Assembly (NCBI RefSeq): GCF_009914755.1
Contig: NC_060948.1
Reading direction: 5' to 3' (one strand)
Source of the DNA: the human T2T-CHM13v2.0 reference genome, Homo sapiens
DNA: 64,000 nt
Within the stretch, counting starts at the first letter, position 1; each line of letters starts with the position of its first letter. Below the pieces are notes generated by a model. That model saw only the letters and a list, made by a program, of their open reading frames with translations. It was not told the DNA's origin and searched no databases. The position numbers were made by a program, and so were the translations under genes. This document shows positions 1-12,326 of the stretch, piece by piece.

Positions 1-140
1 AAGAAACAATAAATAATTTGTAGTATAAGTTTGTCCCATATAATATCAGTAAAAGTATTTTATATAGTAAAATATTATTTATATGAATCTGTAATTTTAT
101 TGGGTATCATATATTTTTATTTGCTAAATCTAGAGTCCCT
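1..140. mobile_element. MER53-like palindromic hAT MITE (left end runs off window)
   Basis: tagtataagtttgtccca...ttttatttgctaaatctagagtccct resembles the recalled MER53 core and right terminus (TTTGCTAAATCTGGCAACCCT). Confidence 0.65.
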
Positions 141-289
141 CGACCCCTCATTAGAACATTTTTTCTTATGTGGTTAAATACTATTATATACATTTATTAT
201 TTACTTTTCCCCAAAGTATTTTAATATTATTTCATAGTTGATAATATATGTTTTAAAAATATTACTTTATACTTATTTTACCATGATAA

Positions 290-480
290 TTTCATGTCTA
301 AAACTGAATATGCTTCCTCCTTCATTTCTGACTTCAGGACTCAAACCCAAAGCTTCATCTTATTCCTTCTTTACTGTCATCTCTTACATGCAAAAAGTTG
401 CAAAGTCATTTTAATTCTTCGTAATTTATCTTGAATTCATCCATCCAATCCCACATTTCTCACTACTGTTGTGCCTTGTG
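290..480 (+). mobile_element. L2 fragment
   Basis: catgtctaaaactgaa...cttcatcttattccttct...ttgaattcatcc resembles degenerate L2 3' body. Confidence 0.4.
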
Positions 481-769
481 TAGCATATTATCAAAAGTGT
501 GAAAAACATACTTTTCAAATTTTTACACGATTCATCTTAATTCATCTTATGAAAGGGCAATTAATGCTGCAGCATAAGGAAACTGATATTCTTTGACTGA
601 TAGAAACATTAATAAAATGATATAAAGTAGAAGTAAATGGAATGTTCTACAGCTGTCATTTTTTTAATCAGCTGCAAAAGTAGAATATGAGGAAAACCTT
701 ATTTGCCGTGGAATTTTGCATTGTCATTTTATTTTTCTTACATTAGTAATTATTAAAATTTTTTGAATA

Positions 770-870
770 CATACTATGTTTTACATACATTCTAATAATT
801 GTCTCAGTCTTATGAGGTGATTACTAGCATTTTTTCTGTTTTATAGAAGAACCTGAAAATCAGAAAATTT
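770..870 (-). mobile_element. MIR fragment
   Basis: ttatgaggtgattactagcatttttt...ttatagaagaacctgaaaatcagaaa resembles antisense MIR core. Confidence 0.35.
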
Positions 871-894
871 AAAAAGCCATTCCAATTTCCTAGC

Positions 895-1345
895 ACATTT
901 TATAGAAACATTATTCATAGTAGCCAAAATCTGAAACAACTGAAATGTCCTATAACCACTTAATGGATAAGCTGGATTATATTCACACAATGGAATACTA
1001 TACAGCAATAAAAAGTAGTTAACCACTGATACACAGAACAATTTGGATGAATATCAAAGGGGCTGAGTAAAAGAAACCAGTCTTCAAAGGTTACATATTG
1101 CATGACTCCATTTATATGACAGATTTGAAATGACAAAATTAGAGTGCTGAAGAACAGATCAGTGGTGTCCATTGGTTAGAGTTGGGGATAGAGTTTGATC
1201 ATGAAGTAAGAGCATAAGGTAGTTTTGTTTTTTGAAGGATGGAAGTGTCCATATTCTGATGGTGGTGGCAGTTCCATAGATCTATATATGTCTTAAAATT
1301 TATAGAAATGTGCACTAAAAGAAAAATAAAATAAATTTTATTGGA
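895..1345 (+). mobile_element. L1M (L1MC/ME-type) 3' end
   Basis: ttattcatagtagccaaaa...aatggaatactatacagcaataaaaag...tgcatgactccatttatatgac are typical old L1 3' motifs. Confidence 0.8.
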
Positions 1346-1729
1346 TAATAATTTTAATTTTTTTAAGTAAAAAAAATACACTGGTTTATTTTGGTATATA
1401 TTTTAAAGTCAAGTTTCCAAACAAAACAAAATGCATTTTAATACAGGAGATTATAATGTAATGTTTGGTTTATAGGTATTTCTAGCAGAGATTGGATTTT
1501 ATTTGTTGATTTAACTAAATGTATAGCACAGAGTTTATTTTGATATTTTTAACAACAAATTCAGAAACTTCCTAATTAGTCATATTTTTATACTCTAGAA
1601 AAAGAAAATACAGTAGCCATTAATATGGAAGTAAACGTGAAGGGTTAGGTGCTGGGATACACAATAATGCTAATGCTCTTTGCTCTTAAAGGGAAATAAA
1701 ATAATATATAAAAATGAATTATGTGCATA

Positions 1730-2125
1730 AGTCCAAAAAAGATGTGGATAAACAGACTGGGGCATAGTCATATAAAAGTATACCACTCATCAACTGAAAG
1801 GAACAACCTACAGAAACACACTATATATTGACAGTTAGAAACCTGATGCTGAGTAAAAGATGCCAGCCTCAAGAGTTTGCACTGTCTGATTCCATTAATG
1901 TGAAATACAAGAACAAGCATAGCTGACCTATGGTCATAAAGATAAAAAAATAGTGACCCAGTTGGAGATGAGGTGGTAGATGTGAAAAGGGACAAGAGTT
2001 AACTTTCTGGGGCAATACAACTATTCTGTAACTTCTTGTGGAAGATGGTTACATGGTGTATACAATTGTCAGTATTCAAAACATGTAAGATCTGTGTATC
2101 TTTGTATGTAAATTATACTTTAATA
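1730..2125 (+). mobile_element. L1ME-type 3' end
   Basis: tggataaacagactgg...atgctgagtaaaagatgccag...ttgtatgtaaattatactttaata. Confidence 0.75.
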
Positions 2126-2991
2126 TATCACAATAGCATTTAATCATATAAGAAAATATTCAAAATACATTAAAGAATATAACAAGAGAATGTTAATAAA
2201 AAATAATTATATTCAATTTATATACTGCATCCAAACTGTAAAAAACAAGGATAATAATTTAAAAATTATGCACAACAGCAAAAGTTTGCACATTAAATGA
2301 GTCATTGAAGCCACACAATTTTAGACCACATTCTGGCTAATCCTCAATTTCTGTTTGTTTCTCTTCTTACTCCTTGGCTACACAAGAAAGTCACAAAATG
2401 TGTGGATTGAGTTCAATACAAAAGTCATATATATATATTTACAACTAAGAAATATTTACTGTTGACTCAAAGAGTATATAATGGCATTTCATTTAATTAG
2501 TTTTCTTTTTACTTAATATTAAGTCATTCCACACATTTTAATATGTCTAAAATACATTATTCCATATGCTTGAGCTCAGGCTCATCCCTAGAATTTGCAG
2601 GACAAAGGAAAAAGTACAAATGAAAGCTTCTAATCCATACCCTACTCAATTTCTCTTCTGACCTCTGGAACTATTTTCTACCCAGGAAACAAAGGTGTGG
2701 ATTTTATTATCACTGCTGAGTCTATTGCAATCCCTCCATCTACTTTCCACCTTCATATAATAAAAATGTTGTTTCAGCAACATCCTGGTTTCATCAATTA
2801 TGGGGTTTGTGTTTTCATTTTCTATTTTTTTTCTCTTATTTAGGAGTGATTCTCAGAAAATAAATATGCAGAAATCTCTTTATTCTGTCATCCTAAATCT
2901 AGATGTACCTTCATGACATTTTGTACCTCTTTCAAAAATGTGTATGCTCTTCTTGCATACAGCATTATTTTTTTGTGCAATTAGCTCCTTC

Positions 2992-3520
2992 AGTAGACTA
3001 TAAGATCTGTGGAAACAGTTTGTCTCTTTGCTTACTCCTTTTTGTTCCCCCTAAACTATCTAATTTGGTGCCTTAACTACAGATGATCCTCAGTTTTCTA
3101 TTGGGTTATGTCCCTATAAATCTGTTGTAAGTTGAAAATATCCTGAGTTACAAATGCATGTAATACACTTAACCTGCTGAACATCATAGTTTAGCCCAGT
3201 TTGCTTTAAACATGCTCAGAACACTTATATTAGACGGCAGTTTGGCAAAATAATCTGGCAACACAGCTTACTGTAGAGCATTGGTTTTTTACCCTTGAGA
3301 TTTCATGGCTGTGTAGGAGATTCAGAGAGAGTTTCATACCATATATTGTTAGCCCAGAAAAAAAAAAATCAAAATTTGAAGTACGATTTCTACTAAATGT
3401 GTATTGTTTTCACACTATTATAAAGTTAAAAAATCTCAAATTGAACCATCATAAGTCAGGGATCGTCTGTATATGTTGCTTAATTCAACAAGCAAATACT
3501 TGTTCAATTAAATTAAATTA
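2992..3520 (+). mobile_element. L2 3' end, split by MER47
   Basis: tagactataagatc...gtgcctt on the left and caaatacttgttcaattaaattaaat on the right reconstitute the L2 terminus. Confidence 0.55.
3080..3469 (+). mobile_element. MER47 (MER47B-like) Tigger-family MITE
   Basis: TIR ends cagatgatcctc...gggatcgtctg, TA duplications at 3078-3079 and 3470-3471, internal catgctcagaacacttatattag. Confidence 0.85.
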
Positions 3521-3684
3521 GGTTTTCAGTATTTTAGAAAAACAATATGTAAACTGCATTTACGGATATCCTGTCTTCGTTAACAGTATGAAATAACTTT
3601 TTTTTTCTTTTTTCTTGGAAATCCATAGCCACCCTAATGTAAAGCAATTGTTTCACTGGTGAGTATTATCTATTAGAAGTCATA

Positions 3685-3825
3685 TTGTCTTTGGAAGTCA
3701 GACAGTCCTAGGTTCAAAAGCAGGATATTAACCTAAATTGGGAATTAGGAGGATTAATCAGATAAAAAGCACTGTGAAAGCATCTGATGTGTAGTTGTTG
3801 CTCAAGAAACCACTGTTATTGTTAC
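3685..3825 (+). mobile_element. MIR fragment
   Basis: tttggaagtcagacagtcctaggttcaaa and gaggattaa...tgctcaagaaa. Confidence 0.55.
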
Positions 3826-3989
3826 CTCTATTATCATTTCCATGTTATTTTTATTCCCGTGTGCTAACACAATGCAACCCTTAGAGGTTTTTTGCACTGT
3901 GTAAACTGCTCCTAGAGTCGTGAGTCTTGTTGCTGATAACTTTTCTGTTTCTGTTTACTATCATTCCTCAGTATTTTAATTTCCAACAT

Positions 3990-4245
3990 TGCAGCATAAA
4001 GGTAAACAATGCAGGCTCTCGAAGCAGATTTTCTGGCTTCTAATAATGACTCTAATCATTAATTGGGGTTTTGATCTTGAACAATATATTTATCCTTTGA
4101 ATGCTTTAGATCTCTCAAGCGTAAACTGGGGATAGTCATAGATTTTATTTCATAGTCTTGCTTTAAGGATGAAATTAGTTATGTAGCACATTTAAAACTG
4201 TATCTGGAATGAAGTAAATATTGTATATAGGGTTAGTTATTATAG
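3990..4245 (+). mobile_element. MIR
   Basis: Degenerate full MIR layout: gcaggctctcgaagcaga...gtaaactggggatag...aaggatgaaattag...ttagttatta. Confidence 0.65.
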
Positions 4246-4409
4246 CAATTCTGATATGTGGTTGCTTCCAATGTTTTTTCAAGCAATAATATGTAAACAA
4301 TGTAACTTTTAATTCTAAGCTCCTTTTGGCCCTGTAAGGTAGCTCTAGGAATTTCCTGGAGGAAATGTGCATAGACTCTACAGAAACCCTTGTTCTCATT
4401 TATTTATAG

Positions 4410-4660
4410 ATTTTGGATGATAAGACCTACTAATAGTATGGCTTCTAAAAACATGGAATTATGATTGATTATTTACAAAGTGATTCTGCCAAAATAGGCT
4501 AAGTGAAAACATCTGGTGTGCCCCAAACCTGTGAAATTATTCCATATGGCTGAATCCTAGCCTTTGCATGAAGAAAAATAGAGAGAGTTATCTCACTTAC
4601 CAATATATTCAGTAAAATACTGTGAGCTTTTGCTTGAAAGAAAAAGAAGAATAGCTATAG
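4410..4660 (+). pseudogene. weak candidate decayed exon A
   Basis: Acceptor ttctcatttatttatAG (4408-4409), donor TAG|GTAATT; non-repeat; 8 stops in 83 codons, so coding support is poor. Confidence 0.15.
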
Positions 4661-5301
4661 GTAATTTTATATCTAGATTTTTAAATTCAAGTAATATAGC
4701 TCTGTTTGTTTAACTACTTAAACACTGAAAGTAATCTCCTCCCTACTGCTTCTGCAGCTGTATTTGTTGACTGGGGAGAGACTAGGAGTCTATTATTATA
4801 TTCATAATTAATTCATCTACAGTTGAGTAGACAGAGGGAATATGAAATGGGCTTAACTCGAGAATGGAGAATCCCCTCTCCCTGCTGTTTCAACCAACAT
4901 CAAGTGTAATTTTATCAACATTGAATTTGGATCTCGTCTGTCCATAGGACCTAATCTTCAGTTACAATGAACATTTAATCTTGTTAGTCATTAAATTCTA
5001 CCATGATTTATTACTTGGCTAATATTCTTGATGAGTTTCAGTTGCTAATTGCATCCCTACAGTTCATAAAATTTGTAAATGCATTCCTCTACTTCTGCAA
5101 ATCCTTCATATCTCTACGTTAGCAAACAGTATAAATTGTTGAGGCTGTAGCAGTAGAAAAAGCATTTTCTCCTTCAAATATGACATGTGTTGTATTACCT
5201 GGATGTGCAGTATTGTCAGGGGTGTAGTTTTTGACCTGCAATGCATTACTTGCTTGACTGAGTTTGTGACTGTTTATCACTAATGACGTATTTCTCTCCA
5301 G

Positions 5302-5484
5302 GAATGTATAATTTATCTTGTCACTGCTTTAACGTAGTAAATACTGATATGAACCTGGAATTTTCCAGCAACTTGTGAAAGAAATGAAAGCAACTATTTG
5401 AAGTTTTATTTCATCCCAGCAAAGACAACCTTTATCATGGATTTCCAATGTATGTGAAGAAACACTAACCTAGAATACAAAAGG
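5302..5484 (+). pseudogene. candidate non-coding/decayed exon B
   Basis: Branch-like CACTAAT (5278-5284), tttctctccAG acceptor, AGG|GTATGT donor; stops in all frames. Confidence 0.3.
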
Positions 5485-6004
5485 GTATGTCGAGAGCTTT
5501 GTGCATACAAAGTACCCATCTTACTAGTTATGCCTAGTGCTCATAAAATGCAATAATAATGAGCAGGTTGTTTTTCAAACCAAGAAAAGGGCCTTTTGCA
5601 GACAGGGAGTTTTTTATTATACATTTAAAAAAAATTGTAAATCATATCCATCTAGGATTTCTTGTAAGAAATCAATATATTTCTATCTTAATAATTTTGT
5701 CAATAGTACATCCAAATATAAATAAATGTTAGTGTGCTTTGTACATAGTATACTAGTCCTATTTCCCCTTTCTTTCTAGTAAGGAGAAATATTCACTTTT
5801 TAATGATTCGTCAATTCAGATTCACAAAACTGAATTCAATTTTGAGAAAAAAATTTGCTTAATCTCTACAACCCTATCATCCCTTTCACTATTCTCAGTG
5901 GAACTTAGACTAACAAATGAAGGCTATCTGATGGCTTACGATCATTTTTCTTGAGGCTGCAGTTTAAACCATTGATAATTTTCCAGGGCCATCACTCTTT
6001 TTTT

Positions 6005-6016
6005 GGGGGGGGGGGG
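6005..6016 (+). repeat. G12 homopolymer
   Basis: Direct count; preceded by T7, followed by AAGGG. Confidence 0.95.
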
Positions 6017-6232
6017 AAGGGTTGATTACAAATCAGTGATGACAAGAGCATTCCTTCCTCTTTCACAACAGCCAGTTCTGTTTTCCCCCCTGTGATAGAG
6101 TAAGGAGATTGAGTCTTTCATTGTTTATTTAAAGGATCATTAATAACTCACTGTGTTCCTATTATATCATAGATAACTAAAATCTTCAGTCAATTCAAAA
6201 CCTTGATTTTAACCACCTCTCCTGATAAACCT

Positions 6233-7396
6233 TTTGTTTATTTTTATTTTTATTTTTTCATTTTTCCATAAGTTATTAGGGTACAGGTGGTATTCGGTTA
6301 CATGAGTAAGTTATTTAGCGGTGATTTGTGAGATTTTAGTACACCTATCACTCAAGCAGTATACATTGCATCATATTTGTAGTCTTTTGTCCCTAGACCC
6401 CCTCCCACCCTTCCCTCAACTACTTGAAGTCCATCATATCATTCCTATGTCTTTGTGTCCTCATAGCTTAGCACCCACACATCAGTGATAACATATGATG
6501 TTTAGTTTTCCATTTCTGAATTACTTCACTTAGAATAATATTCTCCAGTCTCATCCAGGTTGCTTCAAATGCTGTTAATTCATTCCTTTTTATGGCTGAG
6601 TAGTATTCCATCATATAAATATACCACAGTTTCTTTATCTACTCATTGATTGACAGGCATTTGGGTTGGTTCCATGATTTTGCAATTGCGAATTGTGCTG
6701 CTATAAACATGCATGTGCAAGTATCTTTTTTGGATGACTTCTTTTCCTCTGGATAGATACCCAGTAGTGGGATTGATGGATCAAATGGTAGTTCTACTTT
6801 AGTTCTTTAAGGAATATCCACACTGTTTTCCATAGCGGCTATATTAGTTTAATTCCCACCAGCAGTATAGAAGTGTTCCCTGATCACCACATCCATGCCG
6901 ACATCTACTGTTTTTTGATTTTTTGATTATGGCCATTCTTGCAGGAGTAAGGTGGTATCACATTGTGGATTTGATTTCCATTTTCCTGATCATTAATGAT
7001 GTTGAGTATTTTTTCATATGTTTGTTGGCCATTTGTATATCTTCTTTTGAGAACTGTCTATTGATGTCCTCCACTTTTTGATGGGATTGTTTGTATTTTT
7101 TCCTACTGATTTGTTTGAGTTCATTGTAGATTCTGGATATTAGTCCTTTGTCAGTTACATAAATTGTTAAGATTTTCTTTCACTCTGTGGGTTGTCTGTG
7201 TACTCTGCTGACTGTTCCTTTTGCCATGCAAAAGCTCTTTTGTTTAATTAAGTCCTAGCTATTTATCTTCGTTTTTATTGCATTTGCTTTTGGGTTCTTG
7301 GTCATGAAATCCTTGCCTAAGCCAATGTTTAGAAGGACTACCAAGAGCAATCTACAAATTCAACACAATCCCCATCAAAACACCACCATCATTCTT
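6233..7396 (-). mobile_element. L1PB1-like 5'-truncated L1 with short 5' inversion (7337-7396)
   Basis: T-rich tail then ccataagttatt...ggttacatgagtaagt...gatttgtgagatttt (PB1-type 3'UTR antisense); 7337-7396 is sense-strand ORF2. Confidence 0.85.
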
Positions 7397-8351
7397 TTTT
7401 TCTTTTTTTTCCTTTTAGGCCTGCAAGTACCAATTAGTTGAAGTGCTTTATTTGTTATTTACAATTCATCTTTTTCTTTATTTACACATAGAACATATTT
7501 GGAATTATAAAATCTTACAAAATACATGGTTTTATTTAAGTAATATCTCTATACTTATGGACATCAAGAAAATTCACCACTGCTTCTTCCTTTGGATAAT
7601 ACTGTCATGGAATTTGGTATCACATATTCTTGTTTTAGAAGCAGTTTAGTATTAAACAAAAGAATCTCTACAAAAGCTCTTCAGTTGGACCAAATTTGTA
7701 ACCATAAGTTTGCAGCTGTCATAATTGCAGTCCAAACTGCATTTACAATCTACCACAGTAATTATATATGTGAACATATAATCTTCTTCTTTCATTCTGT
7801 AACTTCACATGGGAGACAAAAATCATTATTCTCTTACTCAACACTTGAAGTTAATTTGTTTTACCAATTAAATACCTTAAAACAGGAAACATTTTTCTCA
7901 ATGCTACTGGAATCCATGTTTTGCATCTCTTTCTTCTCCATGTAGATTCAATATCCAAGGATTGTTTAATAAAGAAGAGATTTATTTTAAACACATTATT
8001 CTATTTAAACTACTCTTTCAAATTCATTGGTAACAAAACTTGAAAATCCAGTGACCTTTCCTCATATTCTGTCTCTTTCAACTTTGATGATATTGATTTA
8101 CTCAACAGATATTGATTGAGAAATAACTATATGTCAATCCCACATCAGAGTTAAATCAAATAACAAAGCTAATAATAAATCCTTCCCTCATAGAGCTGTT
8201 ATTCTTGTGTGTGCATTTCATGATGGTAATGGTGAGGCATTTGATCCTGATGGATACCTCAACTTTGTTATATTGACTCTTGACTTTATTTCTGTGACTC
8301 ATTGTCATATTTTCAATTATCACATATCTAAAAGAGATTCTGTCAACCATT

Positions 8352-9410
8352 TTTAAAGTATTTTTAAAATTTAGCTATAATTTACATGTGTAAGAAAAGG
8401 AGACATCTTACACATGTAGTTTGATGAGATCTTACAACTGCATAATCATCCCAATTAAGTTATTAAACATTCCTATCACTTAAGAAAATTCCCTTCTGCC
8501 CCCTCTCATTTGATTCTACTCTCACTTCCAGGCAACCACTGTTTTTATTTTTATTTTTTTCATCAGAGATAAGTTTTGCCTGTTGTAAGAGTTTAGATAA
8601 ATGGTATCACAAAGTCAGTATTTGTTTGGTTCAGACTTTTTCATTCAGCCCGATTGTTGCATGTAATAATACTTTGTTCCTTTTCATTACTTGGTAGCAT
8701 TTCATTGTTTGAATATTCCACAATTTTTTCATCTATTCCCCTGGTGATGAACATTTGAGTTGTTTCTTTAGGGCTACTATGAATAATAATGTCTGAGACT
8801 ATTAAGAATAAAGCTTTTTAATAAATTCTTGTACAAATCTTTTTTTGCACATTATTTTACTTCTGTTAGGTAAATATCAAGAGAAATTGCTGAGTCATAA
8901 GGTGGGAATACGTTTAATTTTAGGAGAAGTTGACAGCTGAGTTTCCAAAGTGATTAAACAATTTTAACTCCCAGGGTCAAAGTATGATACTTCTAGTTGT
9001 TCCACAAACTTGTTAATTTCATTAGGACTGCTGTAACAAAATACCATAGACCTGACAGCACATACACCACTGATATGTGTTTCTCATATATCAGTGAGAT
9101 ACGGAGGCAAGGAAGTCAAAGATCAAGGAGCTAGCAGATTCACTGTCTGGTGAAGGCCCACTTCCTCATAGATAGCCTTCTTTTCACACTAACCTTACAG
9201 AGTAGAATGAGCAAGAGGTTTTTCTCAGGCCTCTTTTATAAGGGTACTAATCTTTATGAGGGCTCTGCCTCCATGACATAATCACCTCCCAATAGCCCCA
9301 ACTTTTAATACCATCACCTTGAGGGTGAGGATTTTGAGTAGACATAAATATCCAGACCATAACATTTATCAACATTTAGTGTTTTATCATTTTTTAATTC
9401 TAAGCGTCAT
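8352..9410 (-). mobile_element. old L1M 3' end, interrupted by MLT1A0
   Basis: caggcaaccactg...gttttgcctgtt...gatgaacatttgagttgtttc...aattgctgagtcataagg. Confidence 0.75.
9011..9364 (-). mobile_element. MLT1A0-like MaLR solo LTR
   Basis: gctgtaacaaaataccataga...gtctggtgaaggccc...cttttataagggtactaatc...cagaccataaca. Confidence 0.8.
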
Positions 9411-9449
9411 AAAATCTCGCCATGAGATTTTTTCCTATGCATATTTGCT

Positions 9450-9690
9450 ATTAATATCCAGGTAGGCCTGACTAGAACAGTGTTCAGTGTTGGATGAGTT
9501 GTTTCCCAGTACTGAGGCAAGACACTACCGAATTACTTGTGAATTTGAAGGTTTTTCAATCTGGCATATGGGAAGCGGTACCATTCATATGTTTTTGGCT
9601 GTTTTTGTTTTTTTCTGTTCTTGTTCTTTCAGCTGTATTCAGAGGATAAATCTGGTACCTATTACTGTGTCTGGTTCATAAGCAGAAGTC
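9450..9690 (-). mobile_element. L1M 5' end fragment
   Basis: aaatctggtacctattact...agcagaagtc resembles the reverse complement of an L1M 5' terminus (GACTTCC...GTAACAGGGACCAGATTT). Confidence 0.55.
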
Positions 9691-12326
9691 TATTGATCAT
9701 ATAGTTTTAATATTTTTCTAATATAAGCTGAGAAATGATGGTGGATAGGAGGCAGTGTTGGTGTGTCTCTCCCACTTGGAAGGACAGAATACTGGGCAGA
9801 GATTCACACTGTGAATGTGTTCTTGAAGAACCACCACAGAAACTTACCAGGAAAACCAAAATAATTCACTGATCCTGTGAAAGAAATGGCAGGCTGCAAC
9901 TTACTCCATGAGACAAGCAAAAAACTATCAGTTTCCAGAATGTGAGAAGTAGACAACGTGCCTCCAGACACACATCCCCACTGAGGAATGTGAAAATTCA
10001 GATCACAGAAGAAGCCCTTTACCCTACTCAGAGCTGGAACAGATTTATGGAGTGGTGTGAAATATAAAAGTAGAAGCAGCAGTGGATAGTGCCTTGTAAG
10101 CATTCCCAGTCTCTAGCACAAGCCCAGGGAAGCTATTTGTGACTATATCTCACAGGAACCCTCAGGTAAGTCAGACAATGAATTCAGAGAGAGGTTGCAG
10201 GGTGAAAGAAGTTCCCAATTTAATTTTGTGATACAATTTTGACTGGGGAAAAGCTCTCTTGAACAGAATCTGGGGATGAGCAGGAAGTGTGCTGCAGATA
10301 TGTGAGCAGAAACTGGGCTTCCGGCCTTGCGGACAGACGGGGAGGGGCATGTCCTGAAAATCATGCTTGCTATCTCTGTAGGGAAGCTTATAGCCTGGGG
10401 CAGGTTCAGTTCTGTACTCAGGCTACCTAGATCTAAACCCGGCGCTCTTAGCAGGGCACTGCAGGAGTGACACTCGCTTTGCCAACTGTGTGGGAGCTAG
10501 GTGAGGCCTACTATTGCTGGCTATTCCCCACTCCCCTTGAAAAGTCTTCTCCACAGCAGAGGCAGTTATTCTCCCCTCTGGAACACTACCCTAGTGGCCT
10601 GAGATTCATCCCTCATCCCCTACAGTGACTGTGGCAGGCCCTGCCCAAAGAGAGTCTGAGTTCAGACCTGACCCTCCCCAAACCTGATGCTATATCTCTA
10701 CCTGCCCTAATAGATTAACAAAAAGGACATAAACTCTTGGGAGCTTTATGGCCTCAGCCATCAGCTGAGAAAACAGAATACTTCCCCTGAACAACTTAGA
10801 GCAAGCAAAAATTCTACTGCTACTACTGCAGCTGGTGCTCTCTTGCAAGTGCCACCTCCCGGCTGGCGGCCAACCAACTCAGGCCATTACAGCACCTCTT
10901 GGTAGAATAACACTGCACCCAAGAAAAAGAAAATGGCTGGTAACAGCACTGCCTGCAACACCCTGGCTAACCAGAGGTCCTGAGTCTGTCCACATGAGAA
11001 CTTCACTGTTAGCATAACAAGCATTCGAGAAAGCCAGCACACTAAGCTTATCTACAGCAAAGGAACCTAACATAGTCTACATTACTCCCCTGCCACCTCC
11101 ATCAGAGCAGGTGGTTGCATCCACTGCTGGGAGACCTGAAGAGAGGTCACATCACTGGATCCTTTGCATACATTTCCCAACACCAGCTCAGAGTCTGGTA
11201 CCCCACTGGGTGGCTATACCCAGAAGAGCAATAACAATCACTGCAGTCTGGCTCTCAGGATGCCCCATTCCAGGGGAAGGGGGAGAGCACCACATCAAGG
11301 CATCACCCCATGGGACATGATAATCTGAAGAGTAAGACGTGAGTCCCAGATCTTTCCACTTGTGGGTAGATTCTTATAGCACAGACACAACTATAGTGCT
11401 GGAAACAGTAGAGAAACTTTGCACCTCTACTCCAACAGGCAGGCAGCCTCTGTGATTATTAAAGGGCTTCGAGAAGTGGTCCTTATTCCCCTTGGCACAC
11501 CACCGCAGAGGCAGCTGGGGCTTCTCCTCTAGGAATGCAGCACTGTTGCACGTATAGACAGCCCTCCTGGAACAATCCAGGGTGATTGCAGCCCCTCAAG
11601 AGGAGCATGCCACAGATTCAGGCCTGCATAAAAGGCAGAGCCATATTTCCTCCCTTCTTAGAACATCAACATTTCTTACAGATGAAAAAAGTTGCCTGTC
11701 TTATCTGAATAGTGAGAACACCTGGACAAGAATGAGGCTGTGAGGTAGACAGCTTTTCTGCTGGCCTTGCAGGGGAGCTGCAGTAGCTCCCACTACTTAC
11801 CCCAATAAAAGCTCAGCAATTCTAAGTGAGAGCTCCTCCAGGAAACTTTATCAAGCCTGGGACTTCTGCCCACCATTGGGTATTACATCTACCTACCTGC
11901 CTTAGCTATAGCCAGTGCCTACTCAAGGATACCTCCCATATTGGCCTGAAGCTTAAATCATCAACCCAGTAAATAAAATACTGGGGAGGAAATAAATAAA
12001 TAAAGTATACACCACGAGAGAATGAGATAAGCTTCAAGAGATCCCTGGCATTCCAGCCCCATAAGAGATAATGAACTTGCCCACACACTGAGTACATAAA
12101 TACTACAGCCAGCATCTGGGAAAGCTGGTGCACAAATATTTTGTATAACCGAGGAACTCATACAGAGTCTTCACTTTCACCACTAAAAGCACCAAAATCA
12201 AATTAGGCTAAAATAAAATATGAACATTAAAGACTGGTTCTTAAGAGGAAAAAAAAAAGAAATATAAAAGACACAGTTCAATAAAAAAATGAATTCAAGA
12301 ACAATTTGAAGAAATGGTCCACCCAA

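Noticed and set aside
649-674. Paired CAGCTG E-boxes with TGTCA as an enhancer
   Set aside because: Short motifs; unsupported without conservation or chromatin data.
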